A stretch of DNA of 64,000 nucleotides from Oopsacas minuta. Lineage: Eukaryota > Animalia > Porifera. Of this stretch, positions 60,854 to 64,000 are shown in pieces. A program made the position numbers and the translations under genes. The stretch covers positions 1 through 64,000 of the forward strand of contig JAKMXF010000301.1 in NCBI GenBank assembly GCA_024704765.1, written 5' to 3'. Below the pieces are notes generated by a model that saw only the letters and a program-made list of their open reading frames with translations, did not search any database and was not told the origin of the DNA. Position 1 is the stretch's first letter; every line of letters starts with the position of its first letter.

Positions 60854-62936
60854 CAGTGGTTCTCAAACTTTTTCTCATTGCGTACCCCTCAAGCTGGACC
60901 TTGTGTGTGATGTACCCCTTAAAATGGTCTGCATTGTAAATATTAGGTTTACAATCCCTTTTACCCAGCTGTGAAAAATAAAAGTGTTTTGTATTCTAGC
61001 AATATAAATAAAGTAGATAATTAATTAGTGGGAAGGATGTGCTTGCATGTTGTGTATCAGACTATTAATTCGTGGCACAGTTTTTGAATGGGCCAGACTG
61101 AGATCAGCTTCCATAGACAACCGCGCTCGAAATTTATTTTAATTAGTAATAGCGCTGAAAATCCTTGTTCACAAAGGTAAGTACTGGGAAACATCAACAA
61201 GGTTTTTACTGCTCTATCTGCCACGTTGGGATATATCAAGCTCATTTCGTACCAGAACTTTGTGAGTGCGAGTGTTTCAAATTGATCTCGGGCAACAGAT
61301 TCATTGACTAATTCAACAAATTCCTCTTGGACTCTGTCTAGTATAGAACTTACATCGCATCTAAATGGATTTCGAATCATTTTCATGTCCAGGTCGCTCA
61401 AGTCTGGGAAGTAAATTGAAATTCATTTCGCATTGCTGAGAGGTGAGCCTTTACTAGAGAAGAATACTTGACTTCTCTTTCACATCTCGTTCAAAGAATT
61501 CAAGCGATTGGTTTTCAGTGAATATACTCGAGAGAGCATGTTCCTTCGTGAGAGCCAACGAACTTCAGTATAGGACAGCAAATTCTGATGGTCAATATCT
61601 AATTCTTGGCACAATAGGCGGAACACACATGTATTAAGAGCACTGGACTTGATAAAAATTGACCATGGTGACAACATCATCAAGAACAGGTTTTAGATCG
61701 GATGGAAGTGTTTAAGACGCAAGAGCGTATCGGTGTATCGTACAGTGATTGTGTTTCGAAACGGGATTCACTGTCTTTACCCGAGCTCGAAATCCCGAAT
61801 GAATTCCAAGCATAGCAGGAGTACCATCTGTTGTGCAAGCAGAAACATTCTTCCAGGATAGTCTCATTCTACCAAAGTAATCAGAGACCTGCTGGAAGAC
61901 ATCTTCTCCTTTTGTAGTTGTTTCCAAACAATGGCAAAATAGGAACTCTTCCTTGAAGTCCCCGTCTTTGATGCACCGTGCAAATACCAGTAGTTGTGCA
62001 CAACTAGAAACATCCGTTGACTCATCAAGTTGAATTGAAAATGTGTTCAACGGGGCTCCCAAATCTCAGCAACAACCTGCTGCTCAACGTCATCTGCCAT
62101 ATCTGTAATTCGGCGTTTGATTGTGTCGTTCGAGAGAGGCAGAGAGGCGAGTTCTTTTCGGCGCAATCTCCCAAAATGCAGTGCACGATGTCATTACAAC
62201 TGGGGAGTATATGATTTTCTGCAATCGTATGTGGTTTCTTTTCTTGAGCGATTCGCAAAGCCACCATGTACGAGGCACGAAGACCTGATTGAGTCTGTTG
62301 TCTTAATTATCCTCTGTGATCTATATGGATTCGCTTTACTCCTACCTCTTGGTGCTTGAAGAAATCTATATCCTTATCTGCAAGATTTGGGTGGCACCCG
62401 CTTAAATGGCGTTTTAGAAAAACTTGGTTTCATCGAGCCCTCAGATAGCATCTTATAACATATTACACATTGTGGTAGTTCCCGTCCCTCTTTAAGTATG
62501 GATGTAAATCCATATTTGATATAGTCTTCATTATACTTCTGTTTCTTAGCAGATTCCATATGAATTTGGTGATAAAGTCAAGGTCTCAAAGAAATACTCT
62601 TCTAATTTCCATTTTATAAAAACAATACGATACACGGGTGGGTGTGATATTCAAATCAATATGAGTTGACACATATGTACGGACAATGGAATCCTTAATT
62701 AGCATAACTTCAAAAAAATAAATATTCAAGGGTGATAATAATTAGTGACGAAACCATTGTAACTGATACATATTAATTATTTGGCATGAAATTACTATCT
62801 ATGTGCTGAGTCTGTTGACATGATAGTGTGTAACTCGAAATATTTGTATATGATTATTACAGAATTGATATGATTAGGTGAAACACCGGCGTACCCCTAG
62901 GAAAAGTGCTGGCGTACCCCAGTTTGAGAACCACTG
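60854..62936 (-). mobile_element. hAT (Buster/ZBED5-FAM200-like) element, degenerate, inserted into the RAG1-like gene
   Basis: Perfect 16-bp TIR cagtggttctcaaact / agtttgagaaccactg and perfect 8-bp TSD ttttagac. Motifs KYGF...PQCVIC...SMKPS, KKPHTIAE, QLDESTD, VRWLSR, FPSTYLCEQGFS. Confidence 0.95.
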
Positions 62937-62944
62937 TTTTAGAC

Positions 62945-64000
62945 CATATTCATTTCTTAGCTGAAAGAGAAAATGTTGATCCTAAACACTAGCTGCTCTG
63001 GCTTTAGAGTTAACATCTAACAATTATTACGATCGCGATACCTCACAAGTGTGTAAGGAGATCATCAACAAGGGCTCTTTTAGTGGAATCTTGCACAAAG
63101 CGGCAATCGATAAATCTGCCATTCTGTTAGACTGTTTAGAGATTGGAGCGAGCAAATATAAAAATTTAAAAAAAATCCTCAAATATCAAGTCAAATTACC
63201 ATCTTATGAGCTTGTCTACAGATATCGTAGAGAAATAACTTTGATTGATGAGATCGAGATAGTCCATGATCCTGAAGGTTTCTCAACTGGAACTTGTATC
63301 TCCTATCATTCGATACTAAAGCTTACAGTCGAACGCTTGATTTCAATGTTAGTGCCAATTTCTATTTCACAATATCCGCTCACAGTTAAGATATCAGATG
63401 GATTAGATGGTTCTGGGTCTCATTGCACCTATAACCAACAAAATAATAACCCTGCCTTTAGTGCTAAATCTTTCATCTTATTGGGATTCAAAATATTATC
63501 AATAGCAGATACACTTGGAAACGATGTCTTCTACAACCATTCTCCTAACTCCCCCTTTTGTTTCAGACCGGTTGCGTTGATAGCATTGAAAGAGGATTAT
63601 AATAATGTTCATTTTATCATGGATAAAATTGTCAATCCCCAAACCGACCAAATATTGGTGAACGGATTATCCCTGATAGGAGGACATGTACAAGTTAACA
63701 ATGTTCGTTCTCTCTTTGACACCACAATGGCTGGACTGTTAGATGGTGTTGGAGGTGCTTCTTGTCATCTATGTACTGCATCGGACGAAGAAATTAACAG
63801 CATTGACTGGGTTCGTTCTGGATTCCCCATAAACAGGTTAATTAGCGATGCTGGGCAACTCATTGATGATGTTAATGAAGATGACTTCCTCAAACTCTCA
63901 TCCAAACAAAGCTGGGTATAACTCACAAACCCACATCTGACATCAATATAATTGCTGCCCCTTTGCATGCGTACCAATGTGTATTCCGGTGTAGTTTCAG
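62945..64000 (+). pseudogene. RAG1/Transib-like transposase core (continues beyond the window)
   Basis: VKISDGLDGSGSH..YNQ (first catalytic Asp), NSPFCFRPVAL, SLFD....GASCHLC (second Asp and Zn ligands), FPINR, then after a frameshift (~63912) GITHKP...APLHAY. A further frameshift lies near 62986. Confidence 0.9.

Overview
AT-rich animal (non-vertebrate) genomic DNA with very short introns (62-102 bp), dominated by DNA transposons. A compact early-branching genome such as a sponge is my guess, but it cannot be shown from the sequence alone. Host genes: a 4-exon bZIP factor (9154-10147), an intronless condensin subunit NCAPD2 (17702-21475), an MFSD2-like transporter on the minus strand whose last intron (36473-47268, 10.8 kb) is packed with nested transposons, and an orphan HECTD1 C-terminal pseudo-exon. 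Transposons: a KRBA2/SCAND3-type integrase with a PHD insert, a decayed NOF-FB-like MULE carrying an OTU protease domain, a Chapaev3 element, a FAR1-type MULE, several hATs, mariners (DD34D), maT (DD37D), a DD37E Tc1 and many MITEs. Two observations stand out. (1) A RAG1/Transib-type recombinase with a recognisable RAG1 nonamer-binding-domain segment, hidden because a hAT splits it (60392-64000). (2) A Mutator element carrying a ~1.2 kb near-perfect tail-to-tail inverted duplication of its own transposase inside a host intron, architecturally reminiscent of maize Mu killer (37086-41747).
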